Positions 1 through 13,090 of a stretch of DNA of 64,000 bases are shown here, piece by piece (position 1 is the stretch's first letter; every line of letters begins with the position of its first letter). Both the position numbers and the translations under genes were made by a program. The DNA is taken from the NCBI RefSeq assembly GCF_963921235.1, contig NC_086118.1, positions 27,902,001-27,966,000 on the forward strand, in the 5' to 3' direction. Below the pieces are notes generated by a model. It ran no database searches, had not been told where the DNA came from, and saw nothing but the letters and a program-made list of their open reading frames with translations. The stretch comes from Mobula hypostoma. Taxonomy: Eukaryota.

Positions 1-644
1 CGGTAACCTGGCCCCCATACCCACTTCACAGCACGGACAGAGCCCAACCTGCGTACCCAAAGACCTGCAGAACTGTAAGTTTCTTTTTGTACGACGGGGC
101 GGACACCGGGCACCACTACAGCGGCCCTATGAGGGGCCGTTTAAGGTGATCAGGAACAACGGGTCCACGTTCGCGCTGGACATTGGGGGGAGAGAGGAGG
201 TATTCACGGTGGACCGACTCAAACCGGCCCATGTGGACTTGGCGCAACTGGTCCAGGCTCAGGCACCGCGGCGCAGGGGCAGACCTCCCAAACAGAGGCC
301 GATCCAGACTGTGGACATTGGGGGAGGTATCGCCGGTTCTGGGGGGGGGTGGGGTTATGTGGCGACCCACTTTCTGGCACCCACGAACCGGCTCACGAAA
401 CAGCATGCGCAGGCAGAGGGCCGGCAGCAAAAAGGGCGCCAGGCCATCTTCACCAGCAGGGGGAAAATCCCGCGCGCAGAAAGGGTCTGGGAATATGCAT
501 TCCCCACAGTAGTCCCGCCCAGGGAGGGCGGGAACGGGAAGGCTTTAAAGCGGGCCGCGAAGTTTGAATAAATCTCTTTCATCGCAACTCTAACTCACTG
601 ACTCCGTGTGGTTATTCTAGCGCTGTGTGTAGCACATCGCTACA
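1..644 (+). mobile_element. Gypsy LTR retrotransposon 3' end (integrase C-terminus, PPT, 3' LTR 358-644)
   Basis: PLQRPYEGPFKV...VFTVDRLKPAH (GPY/F module); G-rich PPT about 341-354; LTR TGTGGCGA...TCGCTACA with AATAAA at 567-572. Confidence 0.9.
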
Positions 645-1789
645 CTACCACACTATACTTTGTACTTATTGTAAATTGACCTCTCTCTTTACCCTTTGTT
701 AATTTGTACATGGTCAGTGTAATAAACCAGAATTTATTAGTCTTGAGTTTCTGCTTTTCAATTTTGCCTCGAACTCCTCAGAACCCACCAACAGACCTCT
801 CTGCCTACTGCTAATGTAATCCATGACACTGGATCTTTCTCTTCCCTTGGGAAATTCTTCTCCACCCAGAAGAGATGCCTTTTAAAAATTGAGCCAGGCA
901 GATAACACAAACTTCAGTGACTCACTGTCTTTGTGACAGAGAAGGGTGTCTGAGCACCTAATTATACTACATTTATCTTTTCTCCATTCTTCCTTCCCCA
1001 CCCAGCCCAAAATATCTCTATGTTCTGCCATGGTGCCCTGGACCAACACCCGACATGAACGAGAAAGAGAAAATAAAAGAGCAGACCATGCAAACAATAA
1101 AAGCAAGCAACCATTCCGATCCAAATTGAGTCCTTAGATCCAATCCTCAAAGCAGCCAAGGATAGGCCCAAAGCCTTGGTGTTAGCTCATCATATTAGCG
1201 GGCACGGTGTACAGCAGCCGGGGCAGTCTTCATAGACTCAGCCGCCATGGAGAGTGCAGGGTGAACATCATGGAGAGCGAGCAAAATTCCGGCACCCTGT
1301 CTTTCCAATCTATCTGGGCAGTTGTTTAAATTGCATAAACAATGTCTTGACCTCACATAGGACTTGGGCATCATTGTAGCAAAAGGCTCAGAGCCTACAC
1401 CATACTGCTGAGATTCTTCCTCCAGGCCCAGATTTTGCTACCCAGCCCAAAGCCTCTCTCAAACTCTTCAAATCGGTTTAGTTCCCAGAGTGACCCAACC
1501 TCACACAAGTCCATCGGAACTCCTCAACCTTGGCTTCTCCTCTCCGAAGGGCTCACTCCCTCCGTGTCAATGCTGCAATACACCAGCATCGTTCGTCCCT
1601 TGAACTTGCTTCACCTTCGCTCGCCTTTTCACTGTTTGCAGTTATAGTTCACCACAGTTTACTTGTGAGGTACCATGGAGGGATGCCTGGCACGGGGAAA
1701 ATTGGCAGAATCAGAATCAGGTTTATTAGTGCTCATGCGCCGGTCGTGCATGCAGCCTGGTACAGCCATTCCGATCTATTCTTTTACTT

Positions 1790-2555
1790 TCTTCTTCTTA
1801 CTTCTTAATTTACATTATTTTTGTTTTTTTTTTCTCACGGTAACACATCGAAGCTGCACCCTCTCTAACATGCTGGTAGAGAGGTTTTTATTTGGGTTTT
1901 CTTTAGTGCTGGAAATGGTTACATCCCAACACGTGGGACAGAAGCAAAGTCGCATTGTGTATTCCACGGACCAGCAAATCCTGGCCAGCTTAGCTAACAG
2001 AGCGGCGGACAATCCCCTGCTGAAATCCGGAGGAAAACACATAGAGGATGCAGAGGGGGATCACAAAGCCGAGGAAAGAGGACCGGGTGGAGACAACAGA
2101 GACTTTTGGAGAAGAGGAGTTCGGTGGGTAATACCGTTCCGGCTGACCAGAAGTGCACTGAGAGCGGTAAGCATAAAGGAGTTTCGTGCTTACTGATCTG
2201 GCTAACAACGGATGGTGCAATCCAGGGTATATTACGATCGAGGAACGTGTTTGCAGACTGGATATTGAACTTTTTACTGTTGGACTTTGGCCACATTCCA
2301 CCGTGATACAACACTGGTGGCATGGAAGGTCGTTCCTGCCTGTGGCCATCGAACGTGCAGCTCCTCCCGTGGAGGGTCAGACACCCTGAGCCAATAGATT
2401 GGTCCTGGACTTATTTTCCATCTGGCATAGTTTGCATTTTGGTGTTTGATTGTTGGGGTTTTTTGTATTGCTATATTTACGCTCTATTCTTGGTTGGTGC
2501 AGCTGTAACGAAACCAAATCTCCCTCGGGATTAATAAAGTATATATATCTATCTA
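1790..2555 (+). mobile_element. Internally deleted Rex-Babar-type LINE derivative
   Basis: 5' part with an RIVYSTDQ-type leader ORF joined to a 3' end (TTCCTGCCTGTGGCCATC...GGAGGGTCAGACACCCTGAGCC...AATAAAG plus microsatellite) shared with 9417-9870 and 48560-48750. Confidence 0.6.
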
Positions 2556-2614
2556 TTATCACTGATATATGTGGTGAAATTTGTTGTTTTGCGGCACCAG
2601 AAGAGTACAATGAC

Positions 2615-3810
2615 CATAAGTTACGTAAGACCATAAGAACAGACTGAGGCCTTTCGACTCATCAAGTCTACTGCACAATTTGATCATGGTTGATTTATTT
2701 TCTCTCTCAACCCATTCTCCTGCCTTCTTCCTGTAACCTATGACATCCTTACAAATCATAAATCTATCAACCTCCACTTTAATTACACCCAGTGACTTAG
2801 CTTCCATAGCCATCTGTGGCAATGAATTCCATTGATTCTCCACAGTAAGGAAACTCCTCCTCATCTGTGTTCTAAGGTGATGTCCTTTTATTCTGAGATT
2901 GTGTCATCTGGTCCTAGACTCTCCCACCATTTGAAATATCCTCACCATGTTAACTGGGTCTAGGCCTTTTAATATTTGGTAGGTTTCAACGAGAATTCCA
3001 ACTTCCCCCTCATTCTTAAAAACTCCAGTGAGATCCTGGGTTAAAGCCATCAATTAGTTCTCATATGTCAACACTTTCATTCCTGGGATCATTTGTGTAA
3101 ACTTCCTCTGGATCCTATCTAGTGACAGCAGACCTTTTAGAATTGGGGCCCAAAACTGTCCACGATGCTTCAAATGTAATCCTACTACTTTCTTGTTGAG
3201 TAGCCTCATATGTGACACCTTGTCAAAGGCCTTCTGGAAGTCCAAATGAACGCCAACCTCTGACTCTCTTCTGTCTATCCTGCTGATTATATCCTCAAAG
3301 AATTCCAACCAATTTGCCAGGCAAGATTTCCCCTTAAGGAAACCATGCTGCTTTTGGACAATTTCACCTTGTGCCTTTAAGCACCCCGAAACCTCATCCT
3401 TCGTAATGGATTCTAACATGTTTCCAAACACTGAAGTCAGGCTAACTGACCTATAATTTCCTTTTTTCTTCCTCCCTCACTTCTTAAAGAGTGAACTGAC
3501 TGTTGTAATTTTCCAGTCCTCCAGAACCATTCCAGAATCTACAGATTCTTGAAAAATGACTGCTAATTCTTCCACAGCCACTTGAGTGACCTCTTTCAGA
3601 ACTCGGGCGTACAGTCCATCAGGACCAGGTGGTTTATCTATCTTCAGATTTTTCCATTTCCCAAGCACCTGCTCCTTAGTAACAGCAACTTCAGCCCCCT
3701 GACACTCTTGGATTTGTGGCATGTTGCCATTGTCTTCCACAGAGAAACTGGTGCAAAATACTTATTCAATTCGTCTGCCATTTCTTCATTCCCTATCACT
3801 ACCTTTCCAA
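2615..3810 (-). mobile_element. CR1 LINE 3' fragment (decayed)
   Basis: KPPGPDG, QHGFLKGKSC, LDFQKAFDKV RT motifs with stops; (accataag)n tail. Confidence 0.88.
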
Positions 3811-3829
3811 TGTTTTTTTTTCAGCAGTT

Positions 3830-4565
3830 ACAATATGAAATAATTAATAAATAAATAAACAAACAAACAAGTGAATAAATAGTTCCAAAAGAGAGAAAAT
3901 TAGTGAAGTAATGTTCAGGGGTCCATGGACCGTTCCAAAAATCTGATGGCGGAGAGCAAGAAGCTGTTACTAAAGTGCTGGATATTCTTCTTCTGGCTCA
4001 TAAACCTCCTCCCTGATGGTGGTGATGTAAAGAGAGTGTGTTCTAGTTATTGAGGGTCCTTAGTGATAGATTCCACCTTCTTGAGCTTCTGCCTTTTAAG
4101 GATGTTCTTGGCCATGGGGAGTTTAGTGCTCATGATGGAGCTGGATGAGCCTACAACTATCTGCAGCTTTATTATTTATCCTCTGCATTGGCACCTCCAT
4201 ACCAGGCACTCGTGCAATGATTCAGAATGCTCTCCACAGAACACCTGTAGAAATTTGCTGGAGTCTTTAGAGACATACCAAATCTCATCAAACTCCCGAT
4301 GAAGTATAGCCGCTGATGTGCTTTCTTCATGATTGCGTCAAAAAGTTGGGCCAAGGACAGATCCTCTGAGACATTGTTGTCCAGGCGTCTAAAGATGCTC
4401 ACCATTTCTCCTGCTGACCCCTCGACGAGGACTTCTGTGTGTTCTCCTAACCTCCCCTTCCTCAAGCCTACAATCAATTCCTTGGCTTTGCTGATGGTGA
4501 TTGTCAGATTGTTTTTGCAACACCACTTAACCAGCCAATCTACCTCACTCCTGAATGCCTGCTCA
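3830..4565 (-). mobile_element. Rex-Babar LINE RT 3' fragment
   Basis: WCCKNNLTITISKAKELIVGLRK...KKAHQRLYF...FYRCSVESIL. Confidence 0.85.
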
Positions 4566-5167
4566 TCAGCAAATTGAACAAAATATTTCCTCAATGTCAG
4601 TGATGATTTTAATAGAAATCACAAGTGAAAGTACTCAGGACGTAACCAGGGTGAAGTTAAGCAGATTCACCATCAGGTGGCACCACCACGCAGAGCGACA
4701 GCAGGGCTACCTTCTCCCAGACTTAGAAGCTGCTGACAAAATAGTATGTGTTTGGAATAGTTGGTGGGTTCTCAGGTTTGATGAGAAAAATGTGGGTGGG
4801 AAAGGGAATAAATGATAGATTAGGGACACTGAAGGATTAAAATGCAGTTAGCCTGGTTATTGTAGTAAATGTGGTTATGCAATATGCAGAATCAAAGCAG
4901 AATAACAGGAAATTTTAAATTTCCTATGAATTTGTTTAAGGAGATTCAACCTAGCTTTCATTTAGTAATTGAAACTGTGACGTAACTGAAGGTGAAACCT
5001 TCAGAATTCACTATTTCACTTTCAAACCCGACTGGAGTTTTACAAATTACATCAAAATATGCTGAACAGAATTCATCAAATTAGGGTTTCATTACAGTAA
5101 TTGAGAATGAAAAATGTTGTAAGTTCAATCACTCTCTGAGTTTTCTCTTTACCCTTCTGATACTTAC

Positions 5168-5222
5168 ATGTGAAATGCATAATTAAAGAAATAAAAACAG
5201 TAACAATTGTATCACATTGCAT
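5168..5222 (-). CDS. Possible signal-peptide exon of a second minus-strand gene continuing left of the window
   Basis: ATG..MQCDTIVTVFISLIMHFT+1 nt (55 nt, phase 1) followed by a consensus GTAAGT donor, in non-repetitive AT-rich DNA. No downstream exon found in the window. Confidence 0.3.
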
Positions 5223-5322
5223 AACATATTTTCCATATTACACAGAGATTTTCAGGAATGATAATTTTGCGAATACCTACTGAAAGTCAACATTTGCTTG
5301 TGCATGCATGGTTGATTTAGAG

Positions 5323-5402
5323 CAAGGGTCCCTAACCATTTTTATGCCATGGACTCTCACCATTAACCGAGAGGTCTGTGCACCCCAGTCTGGGAACCCC
5401 TA
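5323..5402. mobile_element. Short hAT-Charlie-type MITE
   Basis: Degenerate TIRs CAAGGGTCCCTAACC / GTCTGGGAACCCCTA; flanking 8-mers ATTTAGAG and CTTTAGGC. Confidence 0.55.
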
Positions 5403-5557
5403 CTTTAGGCTGTTCCTGTGGTGGTCTTGTATATGCCTGCCAAATGAGGCCAATAGATGCATGTAAATCATGTCAGTCAGTGAACAGTGCAGTTCATCTT
5501 TTCTCTCCCACTAGTTTACAATGAATATCTGGTAATCAATAGCCAACATGGGTGGTT

Positions 5558-6118
5558 ATAGACAATAGACAATAGGTGCAGGAGTAGGCCATTCAGCCCT
5601 TTGAGCCAGCACCACCATTCACTGTGATCATGGCTGATAATCCACAATCAGTACCCTTTTCCTGCCTTCTCCCCATATCCCTTCGCTCCACTATCTTTAA
5701 GAGCTCTATCTAACTCTTTTTTGAAAGAATTCAGAGAATTGACCTCCGTTGCCTTCTGAGGCAGAGCATTCCACAGAACCACAACCCTCTGTGTGAAAAA
5801 GTTTTTCCTCAACTCCGCTCTAAATTGTCTACACCTTATTCTTAAACTGCGGCCTCTGGTTCTGGACTCCCCCAACATTGGGAACATGTTTCCTGCCTCT
5901 AGCGTGTCCAATCCCTTAATAATCTTATATGCTTCAATCAGATCCCCTCTCATCCTTTTAAATTCCAGTGTATACGACCCCAGTTGCTCCAATCTTTCAA
6001 CATATGACATCCCGCCATCCCGAGAATTAATCTCGTGAACCTACGCTGCACTCCCTCAATAGCTAGAATGTCCTTCCTCAAATTTGGAGACCAAAACTGT
6101 ACACAATATTCCAGGTGT
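5558..6118 (-). mobile_element. CR1 LINE 3' end
   Basis: ORF2 C-terminus ([13 protein letters not shown]...NFFTQRVV.LWNALP), CR1 3'UTR, (tagacaa)n tail. Confidence 0.92.
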
Positions 6119-7278
6119 GTTGTGCATCTGCATTTCCTTAAGACTGTGACCCAATGGGCCACTGATAAGAAGACCAGCAAAAAAAAATACTCATTCTTCA
6201 ATCAGGCAGCTTTCTGCTTTCTTTCTGTTTGCTGTTGAGGTGGTGAGTGGATAAGGGGTTGGCCATTTGTCACCAGCCTTCTAGACATTAGATTGGACCC
6301 CACATCAGTCATTAGCTTCCTGATATAGATGGTACCTGTGGCCATGCTCCTTCTTGCTCCTATTTGAGAGAAAATCTGACCACAATCTACTCCATTGCTC
6401 AAGCAACAGCCCAGGAACCACTGGGTTAAGAGCTCTCAACTTACTGCACAACTGCAGAGGCAAAGTTGTGCAGCACGTGCAATATTGGGTCTACTTTACT
6501 ACTTGCGCAAGCGAAGTCCAAACAAAGTTCACTGCATCTATCCATGAATTCTTGGTGAATTCCCCTGGGGAGCTCCCCTTACCAATACAGTCAGATTTTG
6601 TAGCCTCATTCACTTGAATGGGGAATTCCCATGTGGAGATCAGGAGAAAAGTGCTAGGTTTCAATTACTTATTTTTTAGTAATTTTGTTCCAACACTTTT
6701 CTTACTAAGAACGAAAATAATGTTCTTTCTTTTTAATTATTTGAAAGCATTATAATCAATTTTATTATTCCTCAAAGTTAAAGACAATGAAAAACTTTTG
6801 TATTACCATTTAGATTTCGACAGGGGCAAAACTTCACTCTCAAATTTGCCTTCTGTAAATGATTGCCAGGGCGTCCTTAAGTTGGAGCCTCAGCAGTTTG
6901 TTGCATGAGTCAAGTCATCACCAAGACTTCACTGGCATCTGTTTCTGATTCCTGGGTGTGGGTGGTCGACCAGACCAAACTTGATATGGCAACATTGTTG
7001 ACAGACTAGCTCAAGTGAGATCCAGCTGATTGTACTTTCATACACTGAAAAATTTCTTGAATTGAATAGCTTTTTGCTAATTATCCTTTGCATTATAGTC
7101 TGCAGCAAACTTTGAATTTAATTGGCATTGGAACTCAGCATCTAGAGTTGGGTCTTAACAGAGCTGATTAAATTAAACTATTAGCTGATCTATTAAGCTC
7201 CTCAATGGTTCATCTTGAGCCTGTTTGCTTAAGATTTCTAAGCAACATACACAAAATGCTGGGAGGAACTCATCTACA

Positions 7279-7670
7279 GTGGGCAGCTGTCGATCCCAGG
7301 GGATCATGGATTTGTACCTCTGGTGGACCGTGTCCTCTCCAGGGTGCAAGCCTGGGCGGGAAGATTTGATGGACCAGCTACTGCCCAGGCAGCGGGTTCT
7401 CCCCCTCCATGTCACTGATGTAGTCCAAGGGAAGGACAAATGTTGTTACCGTTTGGCACCAGTGTTGTTGCAGAGGTTGCCAGAGTGCATCATAAACAAC
7501 ATCAAACTGCCTTAGGGACCCCGGCTCCAGATTTCTTTCTTGGGGTTTACTCCCTAAGCCTTTGCCATGGGTGAGTATGGCTGCAAGGCAGCGGAGGTTT
7601 AAAATCAGAGTTTCCTTCTCTGAGGCGGGCTGCCGTCCAAGACTGACGAGCCCCACCTGCCCGAAACTCA
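7279..7670 (-). mobile_element. Non-autonomous element with an RTE-type 5' UTR
   Basis: Minus strand GGACGGCAGCCCGCCTCAGAGAAGGAAACTCTGATTTTAAACCTCCGCTGCCTTGC... shares architecture with the 5' end of the RTE at 54950-58789. Confidence 0.5.
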
Positions 7671-8211
7671 TCTGTGGAGGTAATAAATGGTCCACATTAA
7701 AGACAGAGACCCTTCACCCTGAGCAGTGCCTCTTCTGCTTTGATAAATATAAAACTTGTATGGCTCATGCACGGAGTTTTTATTTAATATTAATTGTAGA
7801 GCAAGATGGTAAGATGGCAGAGCACTTGGGTTGCAGCAGCCTCTCTGGGTCTAAGCAAAGGTGTAATTGTTTGTCCTTTAAGTCTTTTTTATGATCACAA
7901 GGCACTAATAGATATGAAAAACATCAGGTACTGCAGGTCTACTCCATCAGTGAGTTGCTCCATAGTGGTGTAACTGGATTTGTTGTGTATTGTGTTGCTG
8001 TCTGCTACAGCAACACAAGGAGGAAGACATCGGAGGCAGTGTGCAGTCCAACAACGGTGAAAATTGCTATCTTTTTTCTTGTGGAGGTGTTTCTTGTGAT
8101 TGCTGTTGGACTTTGCTAATTTAGAATACTGCAGGTTTGGTTCACTAGGTGATTGGATAGCCTGGTGGCAGGGAAGCTGCGTGGTCTCGGTTGTTGCGTA
8201 GACCAAGCACT

Positions 8212-8925
8212 TGTAAGGGGTTTCTTCTTTTATGTTACTGCGTAGGCTAATTAAAATGGCTTCTTTGTTATGTTATAATTAAAATGGCTTCTTTGTTATG
8301 TTAAATGCTGAGAAAGTTCTCTCGCTAGCAGCTTGTTTAGGTTATATTGTTGATAAGAGCCAATGAACCAATGGGTGTTCATGTTATTCTTTCTAGTGTG
8401 TCTGTAAGTTATTGTGATGCGCGGGTTTTTGGGCAGAAGGCACGATGGACAGAGACAGAGAATAGACAAGGTGCTGTGAGCTGGCTAATGGGGTCGGACC
8501 CCGAGCAGGAGTCCGAGGTCCAGGGTCTTCGGCGAGGAGAGGAGATGGAGACAGACTGGTGTGGAGCGTCTGGTCGATCACCGTGGGTGGTCATGGGCAG
8601 CAGGTCGAGATGGTCAGAGGGGATCGAATGGTGAAGAGAGGATCGTTGCTAGAGCTCCAACTGTTGTGCACGAAGAGATTGAACTTTGATAAGTGTGGCA
8701 CCTTTTATTTTCCTTTCATAATTTATCTCTATTATTATATAGTTCCAGTAATATCTATAAACTGTAATTCATTTAATCGTATATGGTGTATTGTCTGTTA
8801 TTTGGCGGGGTGGGGTACATCACACAACATCCACACAAACTTAATTTCCCAGTTTGGCGAGGCCGAGGGCTACTTCCCTAGACGACAGCAAGCTGAGCAT
8901 CCCTGAGGCTTGCCAGGGGGCTACA
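8212..8925 (+). mobile_element. Solo LTR (714 bp)
   Basis: TGTAAG...CTACA termini; exact 4-bp TSD CACT (8208-8211, 8926-8929); internal short tandem duplication at about 8250-8300. Strand tentative. Confidence 0.85.
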
Positions 8926-9414
8926 CACTCATGCTGCAGGGTTGCCTGTTGTATCTGCCCAGGGGAGAAGATACCAGAAGCAATGTGACGCTGTGGGCAT
9001 CCATGCTGTGTTGGGGCCTGGCCCATCCATAGGTGCTGCCTTCCAGTGTTTACTCAGTGAAAGCCAAGCTGGACTGCATTCATCTGAGGCTGCACTAGTG
9101 CAAGGTGAGGAACTGCTGCTTGTTCTTGCAGAAAGCATCGCTCAAGGACAACTTTCCATGCACCATCAATCTGTAGGCTATAACACTCAGGAACTTGGGC
9201 TATATTATTATTGTCTTTATGATTGTATATTTTACTGCTATCATAATTATATGTGCAATATGTGTTATGCCTGGCATGTGGGAGTTGTTCAAATATCCAG
9301 GATCAGCATTTTACATTAAGGAGTAAGGACAAAGGTCTAAAAGTTAATCAGAAAGAAAAAGAAAGCAGATGTAAGGTTTGAGAAGCTAATTTCAAACTGC
9401 ATCCTTGTTGAATA

Positions 9415-9870
9415 TAGTCATAGTCATAGTGATACTTTATTGATCCCGGGGGAAATTGGTTTTCGTTACAGTTGCACCATAAATAATAAATAGTAATAGA
9501 ACCATAAATAGTTAAATAGTAATATGTAAATTATGCCAGTAAATTATGAAATAAGTCCAGGACCAGCCTATCGGCTCAGGGTGTCTGACCCTCCAAGGGA
9601 GGAGTTGTAAAGTTTGATGGCCACAGGCAGGAATGACTTCCTATGACGCTCTGTGCTGCATCTCGGTGGAATGAGTCTCTGGCTGAATGTACTCCTGTGC
9701 CCACCCAGTACATTATGTAGTGGATGGGAGACATTGTCCAAGATGGCATGCAACTTAGACAGCATCCTCTTTTCAGACACCACCGTGAGAGAGTCCAGTT
9801 CCATCCCCACAAGATCACTGGCCTTACGAATGAGTTTGTTGATTCTGTTGGTGTCTGCTACCCTCAGCCT
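9415..9870 (-). mobile_element. Rex-Babar LINE 3' end
   Basis: NRINKLIRKAS...HPLH...TERHRKSFLPVAIKLYN; (gactat)n tail. Confidence 0.9.
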
Positions 9871-12800
9871 ATAAAAAGATAATAGGAGGTTGCTCAAGCA
9901 GGTCAAAAAGGGAATTGAAATGTTCTTGGTGATAAAGATCAAGGGGAACCCGAAAGCATTTTATATATATCTTAAGAAACAGAATAACTGAAGAGAGATA
10001 GGTCTTCTCAAGGACAATGGAGGAAGCCAGGGCAAGTGGCTGAGGTATGAAGTGAGTATTTTGTTTTGGTACTCACCAAGAAGAAGGACGTAGAGGATAG
10101 TGAATGTAGAGTGGGATATGCAAACAAATGTTCTGGGACATCTGAGATTAAGGAGGAGGTAGTGCTGGGTCCTCAATATGGATAGATCTCCATAGCTTGA
10201 TGGCATACAGTATATCCTAGAGTATTAAAAAAGTAAGTGAAAAAGTTACTGAAAACTTTGACAAAATCTTTGCATTCTGACTTTCAAAAGGCAAGTTCCT
10301 GGATGACTAGAGAGTAGTAAATGCTGTGCTTTTGTTCAAGAAGGAAACAGGGATAATCCAGGTAATTATAGGCCAACAAGCCTTACATCAGTGCTGTGGA
10401 ATTTACTGGAGAGGGTATTGAGGCATAGGATTTACAGTATGTGCATTTGGAAAAGTATAACCTGCTTAAAGACAGAAAGTATAACTTTGTGCAGGGCAGC
10501 TCATACCTTATAAACTTGACTGAGTTTTTTAAGGATGCGACAAAGGAGTTTCACTAGGGTGGGGCAGCGAGCGTTATATACGTGGACCATAGTCATGCAT
10601 TTGATAATGTCCCTCATGGTAAATTGATTCAGAAGACAGATGTATGAGATCCAGTGTGAATTGCAAGTGTGGATTCGGAACTGGTTTGCTTATAGAAGAT
10701 ATAAAGTAGGGGTGGAAGACTTTTATTGGGCCTGGAGGTCTGTTCTGCAAGGTTTGGTGCTGGGATCTCTTATGCTGGTGTTACATATCAAAGATAGGGA
10801 TGTAAATATACATGAGTAGATTAGCAAATTTGCTGATGACACTAAGATTGGCATAGTTGTGGGCAATATAAAGGACTGTCGATTGCAAGAGGATATAGAA
10901 ACATAGAAACATAGAAAATAGGTGCAGGAGTAGGCCATTCGGCCCTTCGAGCCTGCACCGCCATTCATCATGATCATGGCTGATCATCCAACTCAGAACC
11001 CTGCACCAGCCTTCCCTCCATACCCCCTGATCCCCGTAGCCACAAGGGCCATATCTAACTCCCTCTTAAATATAGCCAATGAACCGGCCTCAACTGTTTC
11101 CTGTGGCAGAGAATTCCACAGATTCACCACTCTCTGTGTGAAGAAGTTTTTCCTAATCTCAGTCCTAAAAGGCTTCCCCTTTATCCTCAAACTGTGACCC
11201 CTCGTTCTGGACTTCCCCAACATCGGGAACAATCTTCCTGCATCTAGCCTGTCCAATCCCTTTAGGATTTTATACGTTTCAATCAGATCCCCCCTCAATC
11301 TTCTAAATTCCAACGAGTACAAGCCTAGTTCATCCAATCTTTCTTCATATGAAAGTCCTGCCATCCCAGGAATCAATCTGGTGAACCTTCTTTGTACTCC
11401 CTCTATGGCAAGGATGTCTTTCCTCAGATTAGGGGACCAAAACTGCACACAATACTCCAGGTGTGGTCTCACCAAGGCCTTGTACAACTGCAGTAGTACC
11501 TCCCTGCTCCTGTACTCGAATCCTCTTGCTATAAATGCCAGCATACCATTCGCCTTTTTCACCGCCTGCTGTACCTGCATGCCCACTTTCAATGACTGGT
11601 GTATAATGACACCCAGGTTTCGTTGCACCTCCCTTTTTCCTAATCGGCCACCATTCAGATAATAATCCATTTTCCTATTTTTGCCACCAAAGTGGATAAC
11701 TTCACATTTATCCACATTAAATTGCATCTGCCATGAATTTGCCCACTCACCCAACCTATCCAAGTCACCCTGCATCCTCTTAGCATCTTCCTCACAGCTA
11801 ACACTGCCGCCCAGCTTCGTGTCATCCGCAAACTTGGAGATGCTGCATTTAATTCCCTCATCCAAGTCATTAATATATATTGTAAACAACTGGGGTCCCA
11901 GCACTGAGCCTTGCGGTACCCCACTAGTCACCGCCTGCCATTCTGAAAAGGTCCCGTTTATTCCCACTCTTTGCTTCCTGTCTGCTAACCAATTCTCCAC
12001 CCACACCAATACCTTACCCCCAATACCGTGTGCTTTAAGTTTGCACACTAATCTCCTGTGTGGGACCTTGTCAAAAGCCTTTTAAAAATCCAAATATACC
12101 ACATCCACTGGTTCTCCCCTATCCACTCTACTAGTTACATCCTCAAAAAATTCTATGAGATTCGTCAGACATGATTTTCCTTTCACAAATCCATGCTGAC
12201 TTTGTCCGATCATTTCACCGCTTTCCAAATGTGCTGTTATCGCATCCTTGATAACTGACTCCAGCAGTTTCCCCACCACCGACGTTAGGCTAACTGGTCT
12301 ATAATTCCCCGGTTTCTCTCTCCCTCCTTTTTTAAAAAGTGGGTTACATTAGCCACCCTCCAATCCTCAGGAACTAGTCCAGAATCTAATGAGTTTTGAA
12401 AAATTATCACTAATGCATCCACTATTTCTTGGGCTAAAGAGTCAGCGGGTAAAGATTTGCGAGATGAAACCATTTATCAGCAGCTGTTGAACTGCATATA
12501 GAGATGAAACCACGGATTCTGCCTATTTGTTTTATATAGATCCATTACTTAAATGGGCAGAGAAGTGGCAGATGGAAGTTAATCTAGGCAAGTGTGAAGT
12601 CTTGAATTTTGAGAGATAAATGAAAAGAAAAGATATCCAGTTACTACCATTGTGGTACAGCGGGATCACGGGGTCCGTTCCATAGTTCATAGGAAGTCAC
12701 TAAGGTGGTAAAGAAGGCATATAGCAAGCTTGTTTTCACCAGTAGGTATAAGGAAGTCATGTTACAGCTATAGAAAACTGCAGTAAGACCACAGTAGGAG

Positions 12801-13090
12801 TATTGTGTTGTGTTCTGGTCACCCCATTATAGGAAAGACGATGGAGAGGGTGCTGTAGAGGTGCCTAGTTAGAGGATATGAGCTTTTAGGAAAGATTGGT
12901 GCTTAGAATAGTTACAAGAGGTAGTAGTGGAAGCAGGCAGTCTGGTAGAGTTTCAGAAGCTTTTAGATAGACACACGAATATGAGGGGATTGGATGAATA
13001 TGGAAGATACCCAACAAGAGGACATTTAGGATAAATTAGAATCAAGATTGGAAAAACACAGTGGGCTAAATTGTACTTTTCTATGCTCTA
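9871..13090 (+). mobile_element. Old CR1 LINE (decayed), interrupted by a younger antisense CR1
   Basis: Degenerate RT motifs (GNYRPTSLTS, AFDNVPH, ISKFADDTKI) up to 10892. The sequence resumes at 12541 (KWAEKWQME) and continues to a 3'UTR. Confidence 0.75.
10900..12436 (-). mobile_element. Young 5'-truncated CR1 LINE (reverse transcriptase)
   Basis: 351-aa open frame at 10993-12048 with GVPQGSVLGP and KFADDTKL; only one stop (12082) and one frameshift upstream; (tagaaaca)n tail; 7-bp TSD ATATAGA (10893-10899, 12534-12540). Confidence 0.95.

Noticed and set aside
4987..5005. Small perfect hairpin CTGAAGGT-GAA-ACCTTCAG
   Set aside because: An 8-bp stem is expected by chance in 64 kb; no supporting context.
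10993..12048. 351-aa RT ORF as a host gene or active element
   Set aside because: 5'-truncated CR1 copy with an upstream stop and frameshift, a tail and a TSD.
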